Under the pieces are notes generated by a model. It saw only the letters and a program-made list of their open reading frames with translations. It made no database searches and was not told where the DNA came from. DNA of 64,000 bases from a virus. The stretch covers positions 1-64,000 of IMG/VR virus record IMGVR_UViG_3300023184_000072; one strand, written 5' to 3'. This document shows, in pieces, positions 17,214 to 25,900 of the stretch (the first letter of the stretch is position 1; each line of letters starts with the position of its first letter). A program made the translations under genes and the position numbers.

Positions 17214-18106
17214 ATCACTGTAATTATAACTAATCCATCTCCACCTCTACCACCAACACCACCAGAAACTGAACCAGCACCTCCTCCACCTCCACCAGAA
17301 CCATACCATGCATTTCCACCTCTACCTCCTGCACCTGTTGTTCCTAACTTTCCAGCACCTCCAGCACCTCCAGTTCCACAAAGTGGTTGAAATAAACCAT
17401 ATCCACTATCCCCATTTGCACCATCTGTTGAACCACCATTAACTTGATTAGTTAATATGGCAGTTGCTGCTGTTATATTTCCTCCTGTAGCACTACTAAT
17501 TGAGGTTTTTCCTCCACCACCAGCTCCACCTGTAAATAAACCTGTTCCTAAAGCAGCTTGATTACTTCCTGCTGTAGGTGTTATAGTACCTCCTGCAGAA
17601 CCATTAACTCCTGCAATTGAAGTGAATATTCCTAAATTTCCAAAAGCACTTAAAGTAGCACTTGTTGCTAATCCTTGTTGACCTCCATTACCACCAGCTA
17701 ACACTGTACCAGCTACTCCTGATACTGCCCATCCACCAGCATTTGCTGATGATTGTATTAATAATGTTTGAGCATTATTTGATGGTACTAAAGCTATAGA
17801 ACTTACACCATTCATATTACTGGGATTAGCTTGACCAACTTGTATGTATAAAGTATCAGGAAGTAAAAAAGCAGGAAATATTCCCCTTGTATAACCACTT
17901 GAACCTCCACCACCACCTCCTCCAGCATTTCCTGTACCAACAAAACCATTTCCCCCTGCACCTCCTCCACCAATTAAAAATACAACTAAAAATTTAGCAC
18001 CACGAGGTTTATTCCATGTCTGCCAACCAACAGTAGTATTTGAACTATTTACATAAAATGTATAAGTTTGTTGTTGTTGAGAAGGTATATGAGATAGGTC
18101 TAACAT
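17207..18106 (-). CDS. Glycine-rich adhesin-like protein, paralog 1 (start re-called to 18106)
   Basis: The paralogous MLDLSHIP start is at ATG 18104-18106; the longer call would overlap the upstream small gene. Confidence 0.75.
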   Translation of the reverse strand: MLDLSHIPSQQQQTYTFYVNSSNTTVGWQTWNKPRGAKFLVVFLIGGGGAGGNGFVGTGNAGGGGGGGSSGYTRGIFPAFLLPDTLYIQVGQANPSNMNGVSSIALVPSNNAQTLLIQSSANAGGWAVSGVAGTVLAGGNGGQQGLATSATLSAFGNLGIFTSIAGVNGSAGGTITPTAGSNQAALGTGLFTGGAGGGGKTSISSATGGNITAATAILTNQVNGGSTDGANGDSGYGLFQPLCGTGGAGGAGKLGTTGAGGRGGNAWYGSGGGGGGAGSVSGGVGGRGGDGLVIITVIC

Positions 18107-18107
18107 A

Positions 18108-18287
18108 TTATTTTGCCCATGTTGGTTTTGGTGGGTTTGCATCTATAACATGACTCTCAACAGGAAAACTTGGGTATTCCAATGTATTTCCTTCTAAGTC
18201 AGTTATTCTTATTACGTTTCCATTACTTACTTCTTGATACGCTTGGAAATCCCATCCAAACGTAAACTCTATTAATATATATTCCAT
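18108..18287 (-). CDS. Small protein, 59 aa, not in the ORF track; possible fibre chaperone/adaptor
   Basis: Hand translation MEYILIEFTFGWDFQAYQEVSNGNVIRITDLEGNTLEYPSFPVESHVIDANPPKPTWAK*; TAATG coupling upstream; C-terminal P..P.W. Confidence 0.6.
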   Translation of the reverse strand: MEYILIEFTFGWDFQAYQEVSNGNVIRITDLEGNTLEYPSFPVESHVIDANPPKPTWAK

Positions 18288-18703
18288 TAGTATTTTCCAG
18301 CTATAGTTGTAACATAGTATCCAGCCGCTACAGTTGTTCCTAATGTTATATTAAGTTTGTATCCAGGAGGCAGAGCAAAGTTTAATGGTAGTTCATAAAC
18401 AGGCAATGCTGCTACCTCTGATAATGTTGTTGCTGAAAGAGTAATCTCATCCCATAAAACATTATTAGCTGCTGTAGCATTTGTAGATCCATTATTTATA
18501 AAAACTCTAGCTACTGTTGCTACATTTGTTCCAGCTGCTCTGAATCTTATTCTTTGAACAAAACCTCCGTTTGTAGCATCTGCTGTAAAAGAAGTTAAAA
18601 CTGTTCCTGTTCCATCCTTTGCTACGTTAGCTGTTGTAATTGCTGTTGCTCCCCATTGAACATCTCCTGCTATTGAAAATATTGGTTGTGTATTTACTGC
18701 CAT
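18287..18703 (-). CDS. Putative structural beta-rich protein of the fibre module
   Basis: MA.NT.PIF, RIF.NNG, LPPGY.L pattern; lies between the fibre and adhesin genes. Confidence 0.55.
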   Translation of the reverse strand: MAVNTQPIFSIAGDVQWGATAITTANVAKDGTGTVLTSFTADATNGGFVQRIRFRAAGTNVATVARVFINNGSTNATAANNVLWDEITLSATTLSEVAALPVYELPLNFALPPGYKLNITLGTTVAAGYYVTTIAGKY

Positions 18704-18716
18704 TGGTTATTTATTT

Positions 18717-20702
18717 TTAAAATATATTTTGTAATCCTTGTGTCATTGCTTGTACTAATCCTAAATTTGGTTTAGCGTTAAATGTAGTCCAGTTTGCTGA
18801 ACTTAATGCTCCTCTATTTGTAGCAGATGCTGTTGGTAGATTAAATGTATGTGTTGTTCCTGTAGAAGATATTGCAAAATCAGTTCCTGTTGTTCCTGTA
18901 GTTAGTGTTTGAGAGGATCCTGTTAAACTATTAATAGCTGTAATTCCTGTACCAGCCATTATACCACTCTGTTGTGTAACAGTTAATATAACTGAAGCAG
19001 CAGATGGTGGTGGACTTCCAGCAGCATAATACTGCATTTGAACATTTGTATGGTCTGTTGTACTCCAAACTAATTCATAATACTGACCAGCTACAACACT
19101 TAAAACATAGTTCCATCCAGCAACAATATGATAAGGATCTCCAGGATTTTTTCTTGCTTCTAATCCTATAACTCCAGCACTACCAGGAACATCAACACCA
19201 TTTAATCGTAACCATATAGTTACATCTTGTGGTGAGTTAGCAAGATTTTGAAATTGAGAACTAAACTGTAAGTTATATATTCCTGTATTAGCAAATGTTA
19301 TTCTTGTTAGATTAGTACCATTAGTAACAACAGATACACCATTAGCTAAATCTATTGTTCTGAATATCATCGCATACCCAGTGTTGTCAACAGCAGCAGT
19401 TTGAGTTACATTATCTTGCCAAGCTCCATAATAACCTGTTGGTGTAGCAGCAGTATTAGTTCCCCATTTTAAACCTGTGGATGCTGTACTATCAGCTATC
19501 AGTATTTGGGTATCTAATCCTACTGGTAGTCTTGCATTTGTTGAATTAAATGTAAATAAATCTCCCTTAGTTGTAAGAGGAGATGTGAATGTTGCAGGAG
19601 TAGGTATATTTAATACATTAGATATTAATGTAGCAGCACCTGTACCAGTAGTTGTAAGACTTGTAATTCTATTTGTATAAGCTGTATTCCAATTACTAGC
19701 ACTCGTTATTCTTGAATCTGCTAATGTTCCAGTCCAACCTAATGTTAATGATGTAGCTTGTAATAAAGCTGTTGAAGGACTACCACCAAGAGTTAGTGTT
19801 ACATTTGTATCATCTGTTTTTGTTAGAGCAGCAGGTGTTACTGATGCAGTAGCATTTAATGTTGTTCCTGAAAATGATAACCCTGTACCTAGTGTTATCT
19901 CTTCCATTACCCCTGTACCTGCTGTACTTCTACCAATAAGTTTATTAGTAGCCATTGATGTAGAAATATCAGGAGTTGTTCCTCCACTTGAAACTATTGG
20001 AGAAGTTCCTGTAACAGATGTAACAGTTCCACTTGGTATTGTTGGATATGCAATTTGTTTTACATTTCCTGAACTATCTCTTAATAATAAATAATCAGAT
20101 GTAGTTCCTGTGTCTGGAGTTTGTGTAAAGATTAATTTACCTGTAGTGGCTACATTTATACCTTCTGTATAAGAACTTCCAGCTTTTAAACTTAAAGATC
20201 CCTTTGATTTTAATTCTAATCCTGATGTATTATCACTTATTATAGTACTAACTTGAGAGATACCTGGATTCCCTAATGAAACGTCAATTTGAGATTGTGC
20301 TCTTTGAATAGATAAATATGAATTTCCATCTAATAAAGATCTTGCTGAATAATTTATATATGTAGTTCCTGCTGATTCTAGAATATTTGAGTCACCTATA
20401 GAGTTAGTCCCTGTAAACTTTGGTATGTAGTTAGTTGTTCCTGATATAGGAAGTGTGGCAGAAGTTAAATAACCTGCAGGGTTTGTAGATAGAGGATAAT
20501 ATACAAGATCATACACTAATTCTCCATTAGCCCATACAACAGTGGGATTTGGATAGGTACCAGATAAATCACCACCAGCAGGACCAGTGGGAGAACCACC
20601 ACCTCCACTACCAACTCTCTTTATGTTCCCATTTTTATCTAAAACAAGAACTCTAGCATCATCGGTAGATGTGTTTCCATATTTATCTAATATCTGTACC
20701 AT
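18717..20702 (-). CDS. Tail fibre-like protein, 661 aa
   Basis: GPAGGDLSGTYPNPTV, GTTNYIPKFT, GTVTSV, LTTKGDL and ASATNRGALSS fibre repeats; beta-rich head ITF..TGIYNLQFS.Q. Confidence 0.7.
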   Translation of the reverse strand: MVQILDKYGNTSTDDARVLVLDKNGNIKRVGSGGGGSPTGPAGGDLSGTYPNPTVVWANGELVYDLVYYPLSTNPAGYLTSATLPISGTTNYIPKFTGTNSIGDSNILESAGTTYINYSARSLLDGNSYLSIQRAQSQIDVSLGNPGISQVSTIISDNTSGLELKSKGSLSLKAGSSYTEGINVATTGKLIFTQTPDTGTTSDYLLLRDSSGNVKQIAYPTIPSGTVTSVTGTSPIVSSGGTTPDISTSMATNKLIGRSTAGTGVMEEITLGTGLSFSGTTLNATASVTPAALTKTDDTNVTLTLGGSPSTALLQATSLTLGWTGTLADSRITSASNWNTAYTNRITSLTTTGTGAATLISNVLNIPTPATFTSPLTTKGDLFTFNSTNARLPVGLDTQILIADSTASTGLKWGTNTAATPTGYYGAWQDNVTQTAAVDNTGYAMIFRTIDLANGVSVVTNGTNLTRITFANTGIYNLQFSSQFQNLANSPQDVTIWLRLNGVDVPGSAGVIGLEARKNPGDPYHIVAGWNYVLSVVAGQYYELVWSTTDHTNVQMQYYAAGSPPPSAASVILTVTQQSGIMAGTGITAINSLTGSSQTLTTGTTGTDFAISSTGTTHTFNLPTASATNRGALSSANWTTFNAKPNLGLVQAMTQGLQNIF

Positions 20703-21001
20703 TATGATTGTGTAGCACTAATATAAAATGTTGTACCAGGAACATCAGAAATTAGTTGCAAATAGTTTCCATTCTCAAGAGTGTATGTTTCAAGATCTCT
20801 TACTGAATCTCCTGCATCTAATGTGAATTCATATATAGGCACTTCATGTATACCAGGACCTGTCATGTATCTATTTAGATTAAACACATAAGCAGTGTCT
20901 AGATTATTAATTATAATACTATTTATAACCAAAGAAGTGGTGGTACAAGTTATTTTTGTACTACCATCAGTTGCTACATGTCCTTGAAATATTACAGTCA
21001 T
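20702..21001 (-). CDS. Hypothetical beta-rich protein, 99 aa, probably structural
   Basis: Coupled to the fibre gene by TAATG. Confidence 0.55.
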   Translation of the reverse strand: MTVIFQGHVATDGSTKITCTTTSLVINSIIINNLDTAYVFNLNRYMTGPGIHEVPIYEFTLDAGDSVRDLETYTLENGNYLQLISDVPGTTFYISATQS

Positions 21002-21004
21002 AGT

Positions 21005-21142
21005 TTATCTACCTTGACCTCTATAAAGTTTCTTATAATTCTTAGAACTCTTTAAAGAAGATGTTTGTGATTTAGCATGTACACCAGGACGTTTTATGTT
21101 TGGTTTAACTAGCTTTTCTACTGTGTTGGTTAATTTTGCCAT
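21005..21142 (-). CDS. Small basic phage protein ending YRGQGR, 45 aa, not in the ORF track
   Basis: Hand translation MAKLTNTVEKLVKPNIKRPGVHAKSQTSSLKSSKNYKKLYRGQGR*; the G.HAKS...K.YRGQG pattern is recalled as widespread in phages. Confidence 0.7.
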   Translation of the reverse strand: MAKLTNTVEKLVKPNIKRPGVHAKSQTSSLKSSKNYKKLYRGQGR

Positions 21143-21144
21143 TA

Positions 21145-21606
21145 TTATATAATTACATACCCAGATTTATCTCTAGGTTTAGTTTGTAATGTTCTCCAAT
21201 TATTAAAACCTATTTTATCAAAATGAGGCATATCTTTAAAGCTTGTCCAATTTCCTCCCCAGCTCCATCCATGTTTAGCAAATATCTTTACACATTCATC
21301 CCAGTCTGATATTTTATCACCATCCCAATCTTTATGTGTATCCCAGCTAGCATCTTTACCATCTATAATCAATACAATGTCTACAGCAAAACCATAATTA
21401 TGAACTGACTGTCCACCTTTAGCATTAGTCACTTTTGGTCTTTGGTTAAATAAAGCATCTTGCTCTGCAAATGTTCTTAGTCCTTGTGATATTCTAACTT
21501 GTGATCTTCCTGTAAGAGCTTTATTACATTCATTAATAATGTCTTCCATTTCTTTTCTTACAGAAGGATGTAATAAATTAATTCTATCTAATGTTGTTTT
21601 GTCCAT
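21145..21606 (-). CDS. Endolysin, M15-family (L-Ala-D-Glu-type) peptidase
   Basis: GLRT..EQ..L, NAKGGQS.HNYG.AVD, WGG.W.SF.D.PHF. Confidence 0.9.
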   Translation of the reverse strand: MDKTTLDRINLLHPSVRKEMEDIINECNKALTGRSQVRISQGLRTFAEQDALFNQRPKVTNAKGGQSVHNYGFAVDIVLIIDGKDASWDTHKDWDGDKISDWDECVKIFAKHGWSWGGNWTSFKDMPHFDKIGFNNWRTLQTKPRDKSGYVII

Positions 21607-21612
21607 GGTTTA

Positions 21613-22086
21613 TTAAAATAAGTTATATTCTAGTATTACACCATAACCTGGAGGGTTATTTGGTTGTACAAAATATAATGCTCCTATACTAAATCTTATA
21701 AATTCAAGCATTAGGTTTGTATATAATGTAGGTTCTTTTAATGTAAATTGTGTTGTTTGAACACCAGCATATCCATGCACCTCAAAAGGTCTTTTGTTCT
21801 TGATAATCTGTTTATTGATATCAATAATCTCCTTTTGGTATGTTATAATAGAATCTTTTATATCTAATTGATTCTTGAATTGAATCTCCTTCTTCTCAAA
21901 GTTTTTGATTCTGCATTCTTGTTCTTCTATGATTTGATTAGCAGCATCTAAATGTACAAGATCTTTAGCTATAGCTCTAGCTTGTTTTTCTGTTAGAACA
22001 ACAACACTATCTTTCTTGGTATCTATCTGAGAAAAACTTTTGAAGCCCACTAATAGGAAGACTATCAATAACTTTAACTTGTACAT
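21613..22086 (-). CDS. Putative outer spanin-like secreted protein
   Basis: Signal peptide ending SFS|Q, coiled coil, amphipathic C-terminal strands ending YNLF; overlaps the upstream gene by 80 nt within the lysis cassette. Confidence 0.5.
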   Translation of the reverse strand: MYKLKLLIVFLLVGFKSFSQIDTKKDSVVVLTEKQARAIAKDLVHLDAANQIIEEQECRIKNFEKKEIQFKNQLDIKDSIITYQKEIIDINKQIIKNKRPFEVHGYAGVQTTQFTLKEPTLYTNLMLEFIRFSIGALYFVQPNNPPGYGVILEYNLF

Positions 22087-22336
22087 ATTCTTTTTGTTTT
22101 ATAGTTTTAATCTTAGTGACTATTAATGTATCTATCTTAGAAAGACTATCAATCATCTTAATAGATCTGTGGTCTTTCTTTTCAAGTTGATACACCTTGG
22201 TTTCTAACTCTTTAGTTTGATTAATTAAGTTAGAATTCTTTTCTTGGGAAACAGTGTAACTAAATAGCCACAATGCAGCAATCACTACAGCAAGCCATTG
22301 TTTTTCTAAACTATCAAGAAACTTATTTAGTATCAT
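22007..22336 (-). CDS. Putative inner-membrane spanin (Rz-like)
   Basis: N-terminal TM helix WLAVVIAALWLFSY followed by a coiled coil; ATG start at 22336. Confidence 0.55.
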   Translation of the reverse strand: MILNKFLDSLEKQWLAVVIAALWLFSYTVSQEKNSNLINQTKELETKVYQLEKKDHRSIKMIDSLSKIDTLIVTKIKTIKQKEYVQVKVIDSLPISGLQKFFSDRYQER

Positions 22337-22337
22337 T

Positions 22338-22517
22338 TTATACACCTGTTACGTCATGATCTTTAGACAAATATCCAAATACAGCAATACCAATAGCTAG
22401 AACAAATTTAAACCAGTCTTTCTTTAGATCTAGTCCATCTGTTGCTAATGGTTGTAAAGCTATCATTGAAGCTAATAAAAGTCCTGTTAGAGTGGTCTTC
22501 CAGTTTTTCACTATCAT
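22338..22517 (-). CDS. Holin-like two-TM protein, 59 aa, not in the ORF track
   Basis: Hand translation MIVKNWKTTLTGLLLASMIALQPLATDGLDLKKDWFKFVLAIGIAVFGYLSKDHDVTGV*; ATGA overlap with the upstream gene. Confidence 0.7.
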   Translation of the reverse strand: MIVKNWKTTLTGLLLASMIALQPLATDGLDLKKDWFKFVLAIGIAVFGYLSKDHDVTGV

Positions 22518-22831
22518 TTTATATTTTTATACACTACAGATAGATATTGAATCAATGCTCCAATAGCTATAATTATACCTACAGTCCAGGTAAATCTTTT
22601 CTTAAACTCCTCTTGTTTCTGAAGCTTGTTTTCTAATTCTTTAATTTTCTCTTTAAGCTCAGCTATGTCTGCAACAAACCCACCAGTTTTTGTTAGAGCA
22701 TTACCTAATATTGCATCCACTACTTGTGTTAGCTTAGTATCTATAGAGGTCATTTTCTCTTCTAGATCATACAGTCGTTGGTCCATGCTTTTTAATTCTT
22801 TTTCCACTTGTTTTTCAAATGCGTTTTCCAT
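22514..22831 (-). CDS. Coiled-coil protein with C-terminal TM helix (XhlA-like lysis accessory); start uncertain, 22831 or 22867
   Basis: Heptad-rich body; C-terminal WTVGIIIAIGALIQYL; first gene of the lysis cassette. Confidence 0.55.
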   Translation of the reverse strand: MENAFEKQVEKELKSMDQRLYDLEEKMTSIDTKLTQVVDAILGNALTKTGGFVADIAELKEKIKELENKLQKQEEFKKRFTWTVGIIIAIGALIQYLSVVYKNIK

Positions 22832-22905
22832 ATGGGTGAGGGGAGTTAGTATAGCATACGCATACATAGATTGTAACGATGCAATGATTATACCATTATA
22901 TCTAG

Positions 22906-22913
22906 CAAATATA
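22906..22913 (-). promoter_or_regulatory. Putative -7 element upstream of the lysis cassette
   Basis: TATATTTG matches TAnnTTTG in an AT-rich intergenic gap. Confidence 0.5.
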
Positions 22914-22989
22914 AAATTTATATTTGGAATAATGAAATTGTTAAAATAGATTTATAACATAATATAGCATAAGAGAAATATATTTTTCT

Positions 22990-25900
22990 TTATCTAATAC
23001 CTGATTGTGATTGCATTTTTATTTTAAGATCTTTAGCAAGTGAAGGATAGAACATTGGAAGCATTCCAGCAGCTTGATTAGTTATTGGATTAGTTTTCAT
23101 CCAATATTTGATAACACTAGTTTTTTCAACAAGATCATCATCTCCTGTAGCTAAACCATATGATTCTTTCAAAAACCCTTCCAATCCTTTTTCATAGTTA
23201 TTTAATAATCCCATTGCAGGGAATATTCCTTTTTCTGGTATACTTAATAAACTTCCAGGATTATAGAAGTATCCAATCTCATCTTTAAACTTATCTGTAG
23301 CTTTAAGAGCAAACTTCCATTGGTTCTTAACCATTGGATCTTCATCATCATCTGGAGCCATAGCTTTAAGTCCTAAGAATAAAGCCCATAATGCAGCATA
23401 GAATAATACATCTATTAACTGATTCTTAATGTTTGCTCTAACAAGATCAATGAATTCATCTTCTGTCATTTCAAGTTCTTTATCAGTATCAGCTTTATAA
23501 TCTGCTCTCTTTTTATCATATAACTGTCTAATGTAATCCATACCTTTATCATTACCCATCAATGAGTTTTTAAGATTGGCAATAGATCCTCTAAAGTCAT
23601 CTGATATAATTCTAGCAATCATTCTAGTTCTTCCCCATTCATAAGCATCTGATGCAGCATTATATTTAATGTTACCCATACGTACATCAACAAGTCTAGG
23701 AATCCAGTTCTTAAATACCATGAAAGAGTTTCCATATATATTTAAGTTCATTAGACGTTTGTTTTCTTCTGTCATAGATCCTAATGCATCAGCTGTAAAA
23801 CTTTGCACCTTTCTTCTTAATTCTAATACAGAATCAGATTTTCTATCTATACCAGGGATAACAAGTTTTCCATCTACTACATTACTAACATTCAACACTC
23901 CTTTTTCTTTGATAAGTTCTTCTACAGCTTTTTCATATTTTTCAGCTCTAGCATCTCTTTCTGATTGTGTTCCTTCATAGAAGTTTTTAAACTCATCTGT
24001 AGTTTTTAAATACTCTCTAACATTAACTACTTGGCCATCTAAAACAATTGTATTCTTTAAGAAAGAAAAGAAGTTTAATCTTTGTACAGCTAAATCTCCT
24101 TCTATCATCATTATCATTAGCCAATCTTGTAATGCTTGATCATCTAATTTATTTATAGATAGTTTTGTTGCAGCATGTTTATTATAACTTTCTGTAAATG
24201 GTATAAAGTAATCAAGAGCAGCAAGTATTTTTTGTTTATCTTCACCACCCATTTTATTACCTAACAACCATTGTTCTGTAGATACATAATCTTTTTTAGT
24301 AAAATATTTACCAGCATTAATAAATCCTTGTGCTGTACCTCCAAAGTAGTTAGAAGATGATGATAATATATTAAGACCAAGTGCTGTCACTTGGAATGTA
24401 TTATTCATCTGTGTAATAGCTTTGTTAATACTTATTTGTCTTCCGTCTAAGTTCTCTGGTAATAATTTGAATCCAAGAGTTTTATTAATTGTTGTTCCAA
24501 AGTTTCCAAACTTACCAAGTAATTGGTCATATGCTTCACTCTCTATATACTTCTGTTGGTATATAATTGCTTTAATCATATCCTCTATAAGTTTAGAGTT
24601 TTCATCATTATTGTTTATGTATATCAAATCACCATTAGCATCCTTTTGTGTTTTATTAAACATTGATGTAGCAATAGCTTGTTTATTTTTCTCAAGTCTC
24701 AATAATGCTAATGCTTGATCTTCTATACTTGATAGATATTGAAACTTAATAGCAAACTCATTATACATAGCCATTGTTTTGAAAAGATCTTCAGAATGTT
24801 GTCCTTCAAATTCTCTAGTTAAATATTTAGGAATCTTATTAACTACATTACCATTTATTGGATCATATTTTCCCATTCCCACTTCATCTTCATCAACAGA
24901 AATGTTTTTAAGAAATTGTTCTCCAATAGTTATTTTTCCACCAAATATAAGTTTTTCAGAAAGCCCTTTTCTTAACCAAGGAAGAAATGTTCTAGCTTGA
25001 CCATTTGATATATATCCTATAGCAGCGTATGCTTCATTTCTTTCTATAATGTAATTATAGAAATCAAGAGCAGGTTTGTTTAAATAGTTACCAGAAGCAT
25101 CTTTTTTATGTAACTCTTTCCATTCTTCAGATTGCCATTTATCTTTAGGAAATTGTTTAGCTTCTCTATATAATAACCAACCAAGAGAATTATCTGCAGT
25201 GATACTATATAGTGATGCCACTTTAGCTTTTTCTGCAGCTATATCATATTCATTTTGTTCTTGAGTACCAAGTCTAGGAAGATTATCTATTCTATTATAT
25301 TCTTCTTCTCTTTTATTCTCAAGATATTTTTTATAAGCTTCTACATCAATATTATCTTTGATCCATTTAACATCTTTAACATTCTTATCTGTAGCTTTTT
25401 TTAATTCATTATAGAATTCAGGTTTGTATTCATCAATTAATTCATTAGATCCTTTCTTCTTAATCATATTAAACATGTTCTTAGCTGATAATCCTTTAGC
25501 AGAAGCCCATGCTTGATATTCATTTTTCAATTTAGTTAATCTTGCCACTTCAGTTTGTGTATCCATACCAGCACGTCCAAAAGCAGCATTAGCTTTTTGA
25601 AATAATGCAGCCATTCCTTTTAACTGAATAGTAGATGTTGTACCTAACCATTTAGAAAATAATCCTTTTACAACTTTTTCTCCTTTTTCTGTACCACCAA
25701 TTTGTTCAACAGTGAACTCAGTGAATATATCAGATAGATTAGAATTTAGTTTTCTTGATTGATATGCTGTATCTCTAAGTTCTTCTTTTAATTCTTTATC
25801 TTCATCTGATAATTTTCCTTCAAATAAGAAGTCAAGATCTGTATCTAATGTTATATAATGTTGTAATGCATCTTCAGCAAGTCTTAATGATTTAACAAAG

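Noticed and set aside
18107-18142. N-terminal extension MQTHQNQHGQNN of the 311-aa Gly-rich ORF
   Set aside because: Paralogs start at MLDLS, and the extension overlaps a coupled 59-aa gene in another frame
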